Source: Adineta vaga
Taxonomy: Eukaryota > Animalia > Rotifera
Reading direction: 5' to 3'
Assembly (NCBI GenBank): GCA_021613535.1
Contig: CP075496.1
Location: forward strand, 7,564,001 to 7,628,000
DNA: 64,000 nucleotides
Shown: one piece after another, positions 13,638-26,133 of the stretch
How positions within the stretch are numbered: the stretch's first letter is position 1
Layout: each line of letters begins with the position of its first letter
Notes under the pieces: generated by a model
Databases searched by the model: none
The model's input: the letters and a program-made list of their open reading frames with translations, nothing else
What the model was told of the DNA's origin: nothing
Made by a program: the position numbers and the translations under genes

Positions 13638-15717
13638 CTATTGTATTGTTTGATGTTTTTATTTTGAACATTAAAATAAGACATAGTATTTATTTCGATA
13701 TTAAAAATGATTTTGCTATTATTTGCATAGCTGGTTACGTTTTCAAAATCATACGTGACTTTATAATTCGGATATCACGTGGTGATGAATCTCTTTTGCT
13801 TTTAAGAAATACTATCTCGCTCGTTTTCAATATGTTTTAACGGTAAGTAATGACAATGTCATGTCATGTTTCGACATACAAGATATAAAATTCTTTTTAC
13901 AATTGATCCACCCATGTACAACCATCTATCATTATTTAATGATTTCAATACTTGAATAAAAATAACTATTGATTAATCATTAATCTTCAAAATGTTTTTA
14001 TCAGTTTTTAAAAATATCGAATCGTCATGAAAAAATTTTTATGTAGATCCATTCGTTCATTTTTCTCGCATTATGATTTATGAAATAAAATATCAACCAA
14101 ATTACTGAGAGAAAGAAGAAAAGATAACGACATCAAATAAAATATCCCTTGAGAAATCGTAAAAATGTTCGCTTGTTATCGTGTGTACATCCCATTTTTA
14201 TGTTCAATATGAAGAGCTATATGTTCTCTCTTCTCTATGATATAGTCACACGTGTATATCTTCGATACATTCGAATGGTCAACGCCTACACTTCGTCCAT
14301 TTATCATCTATTAAAGGTTCGTATTTGAATATATTTTGTTATTTGAAAAATTAAAAATAATAGACTTGTTCATTGTTTATTCTGATGCTTTTAGCATCGA
14401 TTGACAAGCACTATTGAGGTTAGATAAACAAAACACACATAGGCCGAGAGCGTTGAGCTTTACTCTTGTGTTGACACACAAATATCGACAAGGTATGTGA
14501 AGTACTATAAAGAAGAGCAATTATTCGGACGAATGCAGTTGAACGAGTTCATAATCAAACTCGCATTCACGAGTGGTCATTTATGTGAAGATTTTACGAA
14601 AAAAAAATTAATATGAAAAATTGAACGCTGCGATGTGATAGAGAATACAAATGTTCAGATATCGGTAAATGAAAATTGAAGAAAGAAAAAGTCAACAGAC
14701 AAAGTCAATATTTGCATCATGATCATGTTACACGTTGATAGAATAATTAGAACTGATAGTAGAAAGTGATCGATCGATTGATGATCAATTTGATGATGAA
14801 CTTTTGTACGAAAAGAAAACTGTGATTCTAGTTGAGTTTTTCTTTCTAATATATTTCTTTTTTTCATTTCTTTGGTGTGAATTGCCTGGAACAAAAAAGA
14901 GAAGAAAAAGAAGAAAAAGAAATGAACAATTATTTTTCATTATGTGTGAAAATCTGGCCGGTCTCACTTCCTGTGTGCGTGTATGTCGCATGTAATTTGA
15001 CTAAAACGTCAATGCAACTTGATTGTTATGCTTGTGCCGATGCAGTTCTGCTCAATCTCACACAAAAAAAATGAGAGCGTAATTTCCGTTCACTTCTCTG
15101 TAATGTACATTCTTCTACTAATTATAGAATATCACCTCGGATTGATGAACGAAATAATCTAATTGTTGTATATGTATCTCGTATTCATCCATCGATCATA
15201 GTCAGCATAATTCAATTACCGAAGACCGTTCAGTTTTATCATTGATGAGAAATGGAGATTTTTTTTCTTCTTTTTCTCCCTCTCCCTCTCTCTCTTGTTC
15301 TTTTATTAGACCTATAATGAATGATTCAGGCTTCCGTTTTTTTTTGTCTTCTTTTACAGTCGTCTCTCCTCTTCTAATTAAAGAGAAGATTGATTCGTTT
15401 TGCTTGTTCATTCATTCTACTACGTGCAACATACAAGAAAAAAAATCCGAGTAAGAGACACAGACAGAAAGAGAAAAAAGGGAGACGGCTTATTATTCTT
15501 TCTCTTCTCGTCTTGTTGTTGTTGTAAGATAGATTGATTCGAAACCAAACAGGCGATTTGTGTAAAAGAGAACAGAATAGTCTATTGGGAAATCGAAATC
15601 TATGAATCATTTACCTGTTGAGAATAGTAAAGAAATCAGTTTTCATTACACGTGTATTCATACATATGTAAATATATTTGTTTTTTCCTTCTAGATAGAT
15701 ATTTATTTAGTAACAAT

Positions 15718-17750
15718 ATGTCGTCTGAACATGGACTACATGTTATGCTTAGTTACCATTGGGATAATAAAGAACTAGTTTCAAAAGTGTATAAAGTATT
15801 GAAATCAAGAAATATACCTGTATGGATGGATATTCACGGTGGAATTAGTTTTAATCTTTTTCAAAGGTATGAAATGATGAGTCATCTAACGTTAAATATC
15901 ATTCTTTTTTTTTGTTAGTATGGCTGATGGAGTTGAAAATGCTGCTGTTGTTTGTTGTTTTATGACATCGAAATATCAAAATTCACGTAATTGTGAAAAA
16001 GAACTTCTGTACGCAGAAAGGAGGCGTGTTTCAATTATTCCATGTCGATTAACACGTGATTGGGAACCATCTACATGGCTTGGAATAGTTACTGCTGGAC
16101 TTGTATGGATCGATTTTCGTGAAACAACAGATGCTAATATTGATATTAAAATAGATAAATTAATTGATCAAATTCGAGTTGTTGCTGGAAAACAAATGAG
16201 TTGCTTTTTTCCAGGTTTAATTATACTTTTTCACAATGACAACAAAATCTAATTGAATCTTTTTTCCATAGAAACACCCAGTATCGAATCGACACCTACC
16301 ATATGTCTCAATACTTCTCCCAGTACTCTTTATCCAGTTCTTCCTACATCTATTGATGTATCAAAACGAAATACATCTGATGTAAATAGTCTAATGCGTG
16401 CATCATCGATTGATTCGACAAAACGATCAAATGCTTTAATTTCTCGTCAACATCAAAGTGTAGATAATACAACTGTATTGCAAACACCACCACCAGTGCC
16501 TCCACGACCAGATAAAGCGTTGATTCGTGAACGATTATTAGAAACTGGTGTAAATAAAACTTTGAATGAAATTGAATCTATCGATGAGAAAAAAGAGAAC
16601 AGGTATATCTATTTTTTTTTCTTAGAAAAATAATCATTGAAAAACGTTTTCTTTACGTTTAGTGTACCTTTATCTAGTGGAAAACCAGATATCTGTGAAA
16701 TATCTATGCAAAATCAAACGAATTCACGTTCAATACCCGTGAGATCCTATTCATAAACTAATTACGTATTAAAATGCGAATTTTCTTCACAGGATGTGTT
16801 AGATATTTCTCCTGCGATCAATGCAAATGATAAGAAACGTACTGGTATCATTATTGATTATGCAAAATTTCGTCGACCCCCTCGAATCATTGGTGATGAT
16901 AATGATGAAATATCCTTTTCTTGTCCATCAGGTGTAGCAGTATCAAAAACTGGACTGATCTATGTTGCTGATCAACAAAATCAATGTGTGAAAGTGATTC
17001 CATTATTAGGAAGTAGAAAACAAATCATATCACGTCCATTTAATCGACCAAAAGGTGTTCATGTCGATGAACTTGGTCGTGTTCTTGTTACTGAACATAA
17101 TCGTTTGCTTATTCTTGATAATGAACTTAATCTACTCAAAGCAATCGGAGATCATGGGTCAAAACCGGGAGAATTCAATGTACCATGGGGTAAGGACAAC
17201 CAAAAGCAAAAGCTAACAAAAAATGATTGTAATACCTTTGTTTGTAGGTGTTGCAACAGATTCGTCTTCTAATATCTATGTTTGTGATCAAATGAATAAT
17301 CGTATTCAAAAATTAGATGCTGACGGACGATTTTTACTAGAATGGGGATATGAAGGTGAACATACTGGTCAATTTTATTATCCACATTTTATCTCTGTAT
17401 CAGGCAATCGTGTAGCTGTTTCTGATCAATTAAATCATCGTATTCAAGTATTCGATTGTTTTGGAAATTATCATTATAAATTAGGTGAATCTGGTAATGA
17501 ACCAGGTCAATTTAGTTGTCCATTTGGAGTATGTATCGATGCTAATGGTCATATTATTGTTGCTGATCATGATAACAATCGTGTACAACTTTTTGATGCT
17601 TATGGTGATATTCAACTTATATTGAATCAAGAAACGAATCCTCTATTTGATTTTCAAGGTGTTAATGGTTTAGCATTAACTCATGATGGTGGACTCTTAA
17701 TTACAGATTATAAACGTAATGGAAAACATCGCTTATTTATTTTTGCTTAA
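15718..17750 (+). CDS. TIR (TIR_2-type) domain + NHL-repeat beta-propeller protein, about 6 exons
   Basis: N-terminus HVMLSYHWDNKELVSKVYKVL..PVWMDI..MADGVENAAVVCCFMTSKYQNSRNCEKELLYA is TIR_2. A low-complexity linker contains PPPVPPRP. About 6 NHL repeats follow (FSCPSGVAV..IYVADQQN, FNVPWGVAT..IYVCDQMNNRIQ, FSCPFGVCID..IIVADHDNNRVQ). Confidence 0.88.
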
Positions 17751-18590
17751 CAAATATATCAACTTTGTGCAATACAGTTTTGAATGTTCATTTTCGTTTC
17801 GCTGTTTGTCATTGGTTCTGTTTATAAATAGATATGTTGTTTTTTATTTGAAAAAGAGATAGTCTATTCAATTCATACGTAGAGCACAGCACTAGCAAAA
17901 CGATTTGAAACATATTAATGGAATAGCATATTATCAGCGAACATTTATGAGATAACCTTTGAAATATTCTATTATAACCATATGATGAATAATTTATGAA
18001 ACTTCTACATTGAATTTCATCTCAAGTGATCAACTTGAGTTGCATATACTGTGTATGATGAAAATATTTCGATCTATTCTATTTCTGTATAATAGTGACA
18101 TCTATGTAACAATGAAGTGTTGATAATTACTTAAGGAATGTTTATTCTGATTCACACATGATTATCTCATTACATTTAGAATAAAAATAAATTCATAATA
18201 GAATATCTTGTCTTACGATCGATCAAATCGATGATTTATATATATTGAGAATTAGTAATAAAGATAGGCAGATCGATACGTTATTTGCATCTTTTACTTT
18301 CACTTCTCTTATTCATTTTATGTTTGCTTTTGATGAGTCATCACACTAAGAATGCCCGAAAAAGAACATACAAAACTATATATATATATATCTACACATA
18401 TACATACATTCTTTTGCGTCGACTTTACCACTCACTTGATCGACTGACAAAAAAAAAGAAAGAAGAATATTTTATCCGGATAAATCTCTTATCGATCATT
18501 TGTACCGAATCCTCATCGACAACAAAAACAAGAAGCGACGAAGCTATTTACCAATTGTTTAACTTCGATTTTTTTTTCATTCTATTATAG

Positions 18591-20858
18591 ATGCCGTTCT
18601 GGAAGAAAGATCCTGTAAAAAAGGATATTTATACTAATGTTGCAGAAGGTTTACGACAAGTATATAAAACAAAATTATTACCATTAGAAGAAGCTTATAA
18701 ATTTCATGAATTTCATTCACCACAACTTGATGATAGCGATTTCTCCGCGAAACCAATGGTACTTCTTGTTGGACAATATTCCGTTGGAAAAACAACATTC
18801 ATACGTTATTTATTAAATGTAAATACTCATTCTTTTTGCTTGTATTTATCTAATGATTTTCTCGATTTTAGGAAGATTTTCCGGGTATTCGCATCGGACC
18901 AGGTAACAAAACAATTTTTTCTGTTGACTTTTTTCTAATCGATTGTATTTTGTTTTGTAGAACCAACAACAGATTCCTTTATTGCTATCATGCATAATGA
19001 ACACACTGGTACCGTCCCAGGCAATGCTCTAGTTGTTGATCCAACAAAACCATTTCGACCATTATCGAAATTTGGTAATGCTTTCTTAAATCGTTTCGTT
19101 TGTTCACAATTACGTAACGAAGTACTGGAAACTGTTACATTTATTGACACGCCCGGTATCTTAGCAGGTGAAAAACAACGTGTTGATCGTGGCTATGAAT
19201 TTACACATGTTTTGGAATGGTTTGCTGATCGTTGTGATCGTATTTTACTTCTTTTCGATGTTTCATCATTGGATATATCTGATGAATTAAAACGTGCTAT
19301 TGAAGTTTTACGACGAAATGATGATAAAATACGTATTGTACTTAATAAAGCGGATTCAGTTGATCATCAAGCTTTGATGCGAGTTTATGGTGCACTAATG
19401 TGGTCATTAGGAAAAGTACTTGGAACACCAGAAGTTTGTCGAGTTTATGTTGGATCATTTTGGTCCAAACCTTTGACTTTTGACTCAAATCGACGTTTAT
19501 TCGAGTTGGAAACAAAAGATCTATTTGATGATTTAGGTAAAGAATCAATTACCATTCAAATATTTTCGGGAGATCTGTTTTTGCTATTCATCCATTAAAC
19601 CCGCATATTTTTCAGAGAAAAAATCTAAACAATTCAAAAGATAATATTTAGAAAATATTTCCTCCTTCACAAATATTTGTTTTGAAAAATACAATCTGTA
19701 TTTAGAATCATTACCAAAAACAGCAACACTTCGAAAATTGAATGATCTGATCAAACGTGCTCGTTTGGCTAAAGTATGTTCATTATTTAATTACTTTAGT
19801 CTTTATTTTTACTATACATGGAATATAGGTACATGCATTAATTGTAAGCGAGTTAAAAGAAAGTATGCCTAGTGTATTTGGTAAAGATTCAAAACGTAAA
19901 GAATTAATCAATGTAAGTTATGTTATTTTGTTGACCTAGACAAAAACGAACTAGCATTCTTCTTTCTTTTTCTTCAATAGAAATTACACCTTGTCTATGA
20001 AAAAATTCAACGTGAACATAATATTCCATTAGGCGACTTTCCAAAGATTGAACGTATGCAAGATCTTTTACGGAATATGGTACGATATTTAAAAATCTTT
20101 CTTTTTTTTTTAAATTGAATGTAATCTTTTAGGATTTTACAAAATTTAAACCGTTGGATAAAAAATTACTTGATCGTGTTGATAAAATGCTTGCTGAAGA
20201 TGTGCCAAAATTAATGAGTATGATTCCACAAGAAGAACGTAATTATTTACAATTAAATCAAACAACACAACATACAACACCACAAACTCATACAATCTTT
20301 ACTGATCAACAAGCGACACCATTCGAACTTGGTGGTGTGGAAGGTATTAATGCAGGTATGGGTGAAGATGAATGGATTGTAACACGATCAAGACATGAAT
20401 ACGATCAAGTTTTTGCACAACTCTTTCCACAAAATGGCAAAATTAGTGGTGCAGCAGCAAAGCAAGAAATGATTAAATCTAAACTAGTAGGTTCTTTTTT
20501 TATAAAACAATGAAAATCTATATTCTTTTTTTTTTCTTTGAATATTTCTAGCCAAATAATGTTCTGGGTCGTATATGGAAACTGAGTGATGTTGATAAAG
20601 ATGGTATGCTTGATATTGATGAATGGGCACTTTCTCAACATTTGAGTAAGTTTGAATAATTCGAATACTATTCATAAGATGAAATGTGAATATTTTCTTT
20701 TAGTTAAAATCAAATTAGATGGTCATGAGTTACCCAACGCATTACCCGATCATCTTGTACCGCCTAGTAAACGTCATTTAACTGCTAATGAAAATACTAG
20801 TCTTTATCCAACCATTGGTATCAGTAGTGGTGAACAACAATCAAATGGCGACAGTTAA
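18591..20858 (+). CDS. EHD1: EH domain-containing dynamin-like ATPase (EHD/RME-1/Past1)
   Basis: [11 protein letters not shown]-like start, P-loop [38 protein letters not shown]-terminal EH domain ([25 protein letters not shown]). Confidence 0.96.
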
Positions 20859-23852
20859 TTTGGTTGTTCTTTCAATTAGTTGATATCCTCCACGAGTATT
20901 CGTTAGAAGATTTTATTAAAACAACAGTGAAACTAGTTTCGAAAAAAAACCAAAACTTTTATGGAGAAAAAAATCTATCATTTATTTATCTCATTTTATC
21001 TTGCCTATTTCTCATTTCATTAATGCAATTGTGTGCCTATGCGTATAAACATTCATTCATTTTAAATACAAACGTTGAATTTTTCTTTTTCACTATTGTA
21101 TCTATTCACGCTCGTTTAGATGATTTTTATGCAGTGGAGAAAAAATAAACTGAACACATGCTCGATTTCCACACATAAACATATGTTACGGAAATAACGT
21201 GAACGGATGACAAGCTTGATTTAATTTTTCTTGTTTCTTTTTCTAATAACGATGATTTTTAACTCTTATCATATTTCAACTGTTTGTTCAACAAACTGAT
21301 AAAATGTTAGATTAAAAACGATTTCCGTTTAATTTTTTCTTTTTAGCAGAGAAAAGATAACTAACTTGACAAATGTCATTTTATGTAAATTTCAGGAAAA
21401 AATAGAAGAGAGATAAGCACTATCAATCAAACATTATTTGACTTCAAATATAACAGAATGAAAAAGTACATGTGTTCAGACATTACTAAATGACTACGAT
21501 CAATTACTAATAAAAATAGACAGATTAGTCTATTTATCCAAACATTTGACAGCAGGTAGGCGCAGTCTTCATTTGATCTTGCTTCATCACTTTTCAGTTT
21601 TTTCTCTCTTTATAAAACAAAGAAGACATTTCTCTCTCTCTCCCCTCTCGCTGTCGCTTTCTTTTTTTTTGACTACTTTTACTAAAAGAAAAAAGTTTTC
21701 TTCTCCTCTTCTTCTTCTTCTCTTCTCTTCTCATTCCTTGTAGTGTAGACTAATCATCCGTTGCTCTCTTGTTTTAACTGTTGAGTACATGTCTGTGTTG
21801 TGTAGATACCTTCTCACTTTTTAAAGACATAAAAAGAAAAAAAAAACGAGAGAATAAGAGAAAGAAGAATGACAAAAAAATGAGAGTCAGAGACTAGATG
21901 AAATGAACGTCATATTCATTCTCTTACGAGCAACAAATGTGAGCAATTGCAAATTGATCCTCAAGACAGAGACAGTCAGCATAAATCTTCATGACATGAA
22001 ATAAAATGTAGTTATCATATTGAACACAAGAAAAGAAGAGCGTAAGTTGATGTTTTTTTTATACATTTGATATATATCAATAAAGAATTTCTAGGATTTA
22101 CCAATGTTTGATGTCAACGTAGATATGTCAGACTAGAGGAAGAGTAAAGATCTAAGGAAATAAGAAAAGTTCAGAACAAGGATTAGACACACTAGAAGAA
22201 ATAGAGGAAGAATATAAGAGGAAGAAAAGTGAAACGCCTACTTGCCGCCTGGTTCCCGTCACCGTTCAGCAGAGCAAAGAAAAAAAACGAGCAAAGTATA
22301 CTCATCACACGCATAGAAAAAAGAAGAAGAAAAAAAGAAGAAGAAAAAGAAGAAAAACTGAAGGATGATGTTGATGATGAACTTTACTCACTGCGCCTAT
22401 TAGATTGTCTGACAGCCATAGTAGTCGTAGTAGTGGATAATGAAGGTGGTTTTCCGACATTCATCTTTTTCACATACGTGTCTCTTCACGGTCGAACGCC
22501 TTTTTGTATAAAGTAAGTGAAGAAATGAGTAACTTGTGTGTGTGTATGTGCCTATGCATACATAATTATGAGAAAGAGAAGAAAAAAAAGAGAAAAAGAT
22601 GGACACGATTCAGGCGTGACACGACAGTACGACAAGACCGGCGGCTCCTTTTATTAGATTGTCCTCGTGTCGGTCCGGGCATCGTCAGTAATGATTGATG
22701 AAGAGTTAGTTTATAGAAAAAAAATGTGCACAAGCTTCTGCTTTTCTTACCCACCTTTCTCTTTTCTTTTTCACACGCACACACATTCCGGTGCTGCCAA
22801 CAAGCTGCTGTTTAGACTCAATCATCATCAACATCATCCTCTTTTCTTCATCTTCTTTACTTCTATTCTCTTGGGAGCGACGATAAGAAAATAATCTTCT
22901 AGAAACGACGTGTATAGGTCTTTATTGAAGAAAGAAAGAAGAAGAAGAAGAAAACGATGACATCGTTAAAACATTTAATTAAGTAAGTCAAATTGCATTT
23001 TAGTTATTGGAAAAACTTTTCTTTTTACAAAACTTTCTAATGACGTTCATTTGGAAGACCTTTGATTTAGTGTTTTGACTATTTCATATCAACACTAGAT
23101 TCAACGTTTTCTACCTCTTACGTCAGATTATTCGACGAGATTGTGGCTTTCTTTTAGGAAATATTGTATTACATCGGACAAATAATGCGGTATGATTTGG
23201 AATTATGATGTTTTTTTTCTTTCTCACTCTCTCTCTCTTACATATTGATTTTTGAATTAAAACAGAAACTAACTTGACAATCAATTACATACCCTCAAGA
23301 TGATGACTACAATCTATCAATGAATTGAAGAAGAATTCATCAGCAACAAAAAAAATGCTTTTGAAGTTTTCTTTCTTCTTGTTCTTCTTCTTCTAATCAA
23401 TTTGCAAACAAGTCGGAGGAAAAATCTTAGAAATCATGATATATTAGACAAGCAATACGTTTCTTTGACGTTTTTCTTCTCTGTTGAAGAAACTTAACAC
23501 TAATCGTTACATTAAAATCATTCAAGCGAATAATTTGCTACTTAGCAACATTGTTGAAGTAATACTTCAAAAAGCTAATGGACTTTTTTCTTCATTATCT
23601 CAAGAAAAAAGCTTAGAAAGGCATTGATATATATATAACCATTTGAATTAATGCATATGAATTTAATGATGAATTATTCTCTTTTCTCTCAACACTTATT
23701 TCGTTTGATTTTTTTCTAATAACAACACAGAAAAATGTTTGAGTTGTTTTGTTATATTCACGTTGTTGTTGCCATAGAAGACAACGTGTTTTCTTCTAAC
23801 GAACATTTTGTTTTGTTGCTTTCATGATAGAAAGTAGAATCTAGAACAACAA

Positions 23853-25610
23853 ATGGATGATGATGATGAATTGTCAGGTAAGCATAGAATGATAGAACAT
23901 TCCAAATTTGTAAGTCTTATCTAAATTTGTTCCATCAAGAATATCCAACAAATCATGTTCATTTACAATCATGTCAAATATGTGAACGACAATTCAATAT
24001 AGAAATATTGGTGAGATGAATACAGTGTGATTATTTAGTCAATTGATGATTAAAATTGTACTTGATTTCATCATTATCATTGTTAAATAGAATATTTGAG
24101 AAGATAAGTCTTTTAATGAGTTGGAATACGATGAGATGTTCTTAGAATGAGGATTATATTACATGTCGATCTCCGATTTCGTCATTGATGAAAATGATGT
24201 ATAGTTCGATTCTGCTTTGTAGAAAAAGCATCAAGCAATTTGTCGGAAAGTATCAAATAAAAAACGGAGAGTATTTGATGCAGGAAAACAGCGTGCTACT
24301 GGTTCTGATGTACCATACAAAGCAACAAAATGCACAGCACAGGTGATAAACAGAATATTTTTATATGTTTGTTAGAATACGTTGACAAAGCCTATTTAGA
24401 TATATAATGGAGAAGTTCCAGAACAAAATGAAAGAGTAAGAAGATGAAAGTAACTAAATCATTCTAACATATGTGTAAATGTAGACAAAAGGAAAATCGA
24501 AACCAAATTGGAGAGAAAAACATCAACGATTAGTTCAATCAATTCGTGAAGCTCGATCTGTTACTCAAGCAATCAAAGAAGGTGCACCTTTACCGGCTTT
24601 TCGACCTAGTGAAGTTCCATCAGGTTAATTCATTGTATTTTCTCGTTGATTCTCATGTTCAGATTCTTGTTTTGAAGATTATGTGTCTTGTCCTTACTGT
24701 CATCGTAATTTTAATGAACATGTTGCTGAACGACACATTCCTTTGTAAGAGTATTTCATCTATTAAAATCAAGTCTTTATCTTTTTATAATGCATACTAT
24801 AGTTGTCAAACACAACATGAGCGAAAACATATTCAATCTTCTTCCAAACCTAAACAACAGCTTGATCGAGTAATGAACATATAATTAAAACTTCAATTCA
24901 AGTAGTTTCATTTAGGGGCGAACTGTTCCTCCTCAACATTTCTCAGCACATAAACACCAGCCATCGAATGATGACATGTATTCTAATTCACATGATGTCT
25001 ATAAGAATGGCTATAAGCCAAGTAAGTCAGCTCCAATGCGAACACGACAAATTCCAACTGAGTAAGTTATGAACATACATATTATCAAATTAAATCTTAT
25101 TTTAGGTATCAAACATTATCAATACCACCGAAAACATCAAGTAATGGTAGGGGTGGTTATCGAAAATTATTTGGACCGAATTCGAACGAAGAATCAAATT
25201 TAACAACTAATTATTATCCAGCACATGTAAGTTTATTCTAGTAGAAAATGCTCATTATACATATTTTAAGCAAGAACGAAGATAATTATGAATCATCATT
25301 TCATCGTCCTGTTCAACGACCGGTGCTTATGCGTACAGGACGAACTCAAGAGAACACCAATTTAAATGTACGTGCTCGTTACAAGAATGATGATGTAAAT
25401 GTATACATGCGTCGACTAGCACCTGTACCAACTGCTCCTTCATCCTACGGTCAAATACAATATCATAATGGTAATAGTCAACAGAATCCTTCTAGACCAA
25501 CTGCCATTGGTCGACTACCAGTATCTTACGGAAATCGATGTAATGATTGTGGTAACACATATAGAATTGCTACTGCTCGATTTTGTTCGGAATGTGGTTC
25601 AAAACGATAA
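23853..25610 (+). CDS. ZC2HC1A: C2HC zinc finger protein (FAM164A/ZC2HC1A-like), multi-exon; probable upstream UTR exons near 22900-23190
   Basis: Spliced fingers CQICERQF..KKHQAIC..RRVFDAGKQR, NWREKH, DYVSCPYCHRNFNEHVAERHIPFC, and C-terminal CNDCG..ARFCSECGSKR*. Confidence 0.85.
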
Positions 25611-26133
25611 TAACAACTTTTTCTTTTTTTTTTAAATACTAATTATAAAACATCTTCTCACTAACGAGATACTAAGTTAATCGTTGCAAATGAAATAGTA
25701 GAACAGAAATATATGTACTGTATGAATAGGAATTAATTTAAAAACATAATTTTGAAATAGTACTTGAGAAATGAATATATATTTCATTGTTACACTAATT
25801 GTAATACTTTTTTCCAAGAAGAATCGGAAGTTATTTGAGTGTGAATTGAAGCTAAGATGAATTTCGATTAAAAGAAATTAGAGAGGAAATTATCTTGCTA
25901 CTCTTCAATGTTAAATTCAAAATATTTAATAAGAGGGAAACGACTGCTTCTCATTGTTTTAAATCGAAGAAATTTCAAGATGACGAGATGAACTTTCATC
26001 TGAAATTTCTTAATCGATCAGAAAAAGTAACTGAACGTTATTGAATACATTTCTTGACAAATTACATATATTTTCACATGAATATATACTCAATATGATC
26101 TTTATTTCCACACGAAAGAAAAAAACATGAATA

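Noticed and set aside
14270-14495. Exon-like segments with donor/acceptor pairs upstream of the TIR-NHL gene
   Set aside because: They yield only a very short ORF with no recognisable features; possibly UTR or non-coding, and cannot be supported.
15487-15495. GGCTTATTA, resembling the 5' end of the bdelloid spliced leader as I recall it
   Set aside because: Only 9 nt match; the sequence then diverges and no donor or Sm-site arrangement of an SL RNA gene follows.
22957-23190. Possible upstream coding exons (MTSLKHLIK...) for ZC2HC1A
   Set aside because: Splicing them gives an in-frame stop (KYCITSDK*), so they are at most 5'UTR exons or a uORF.
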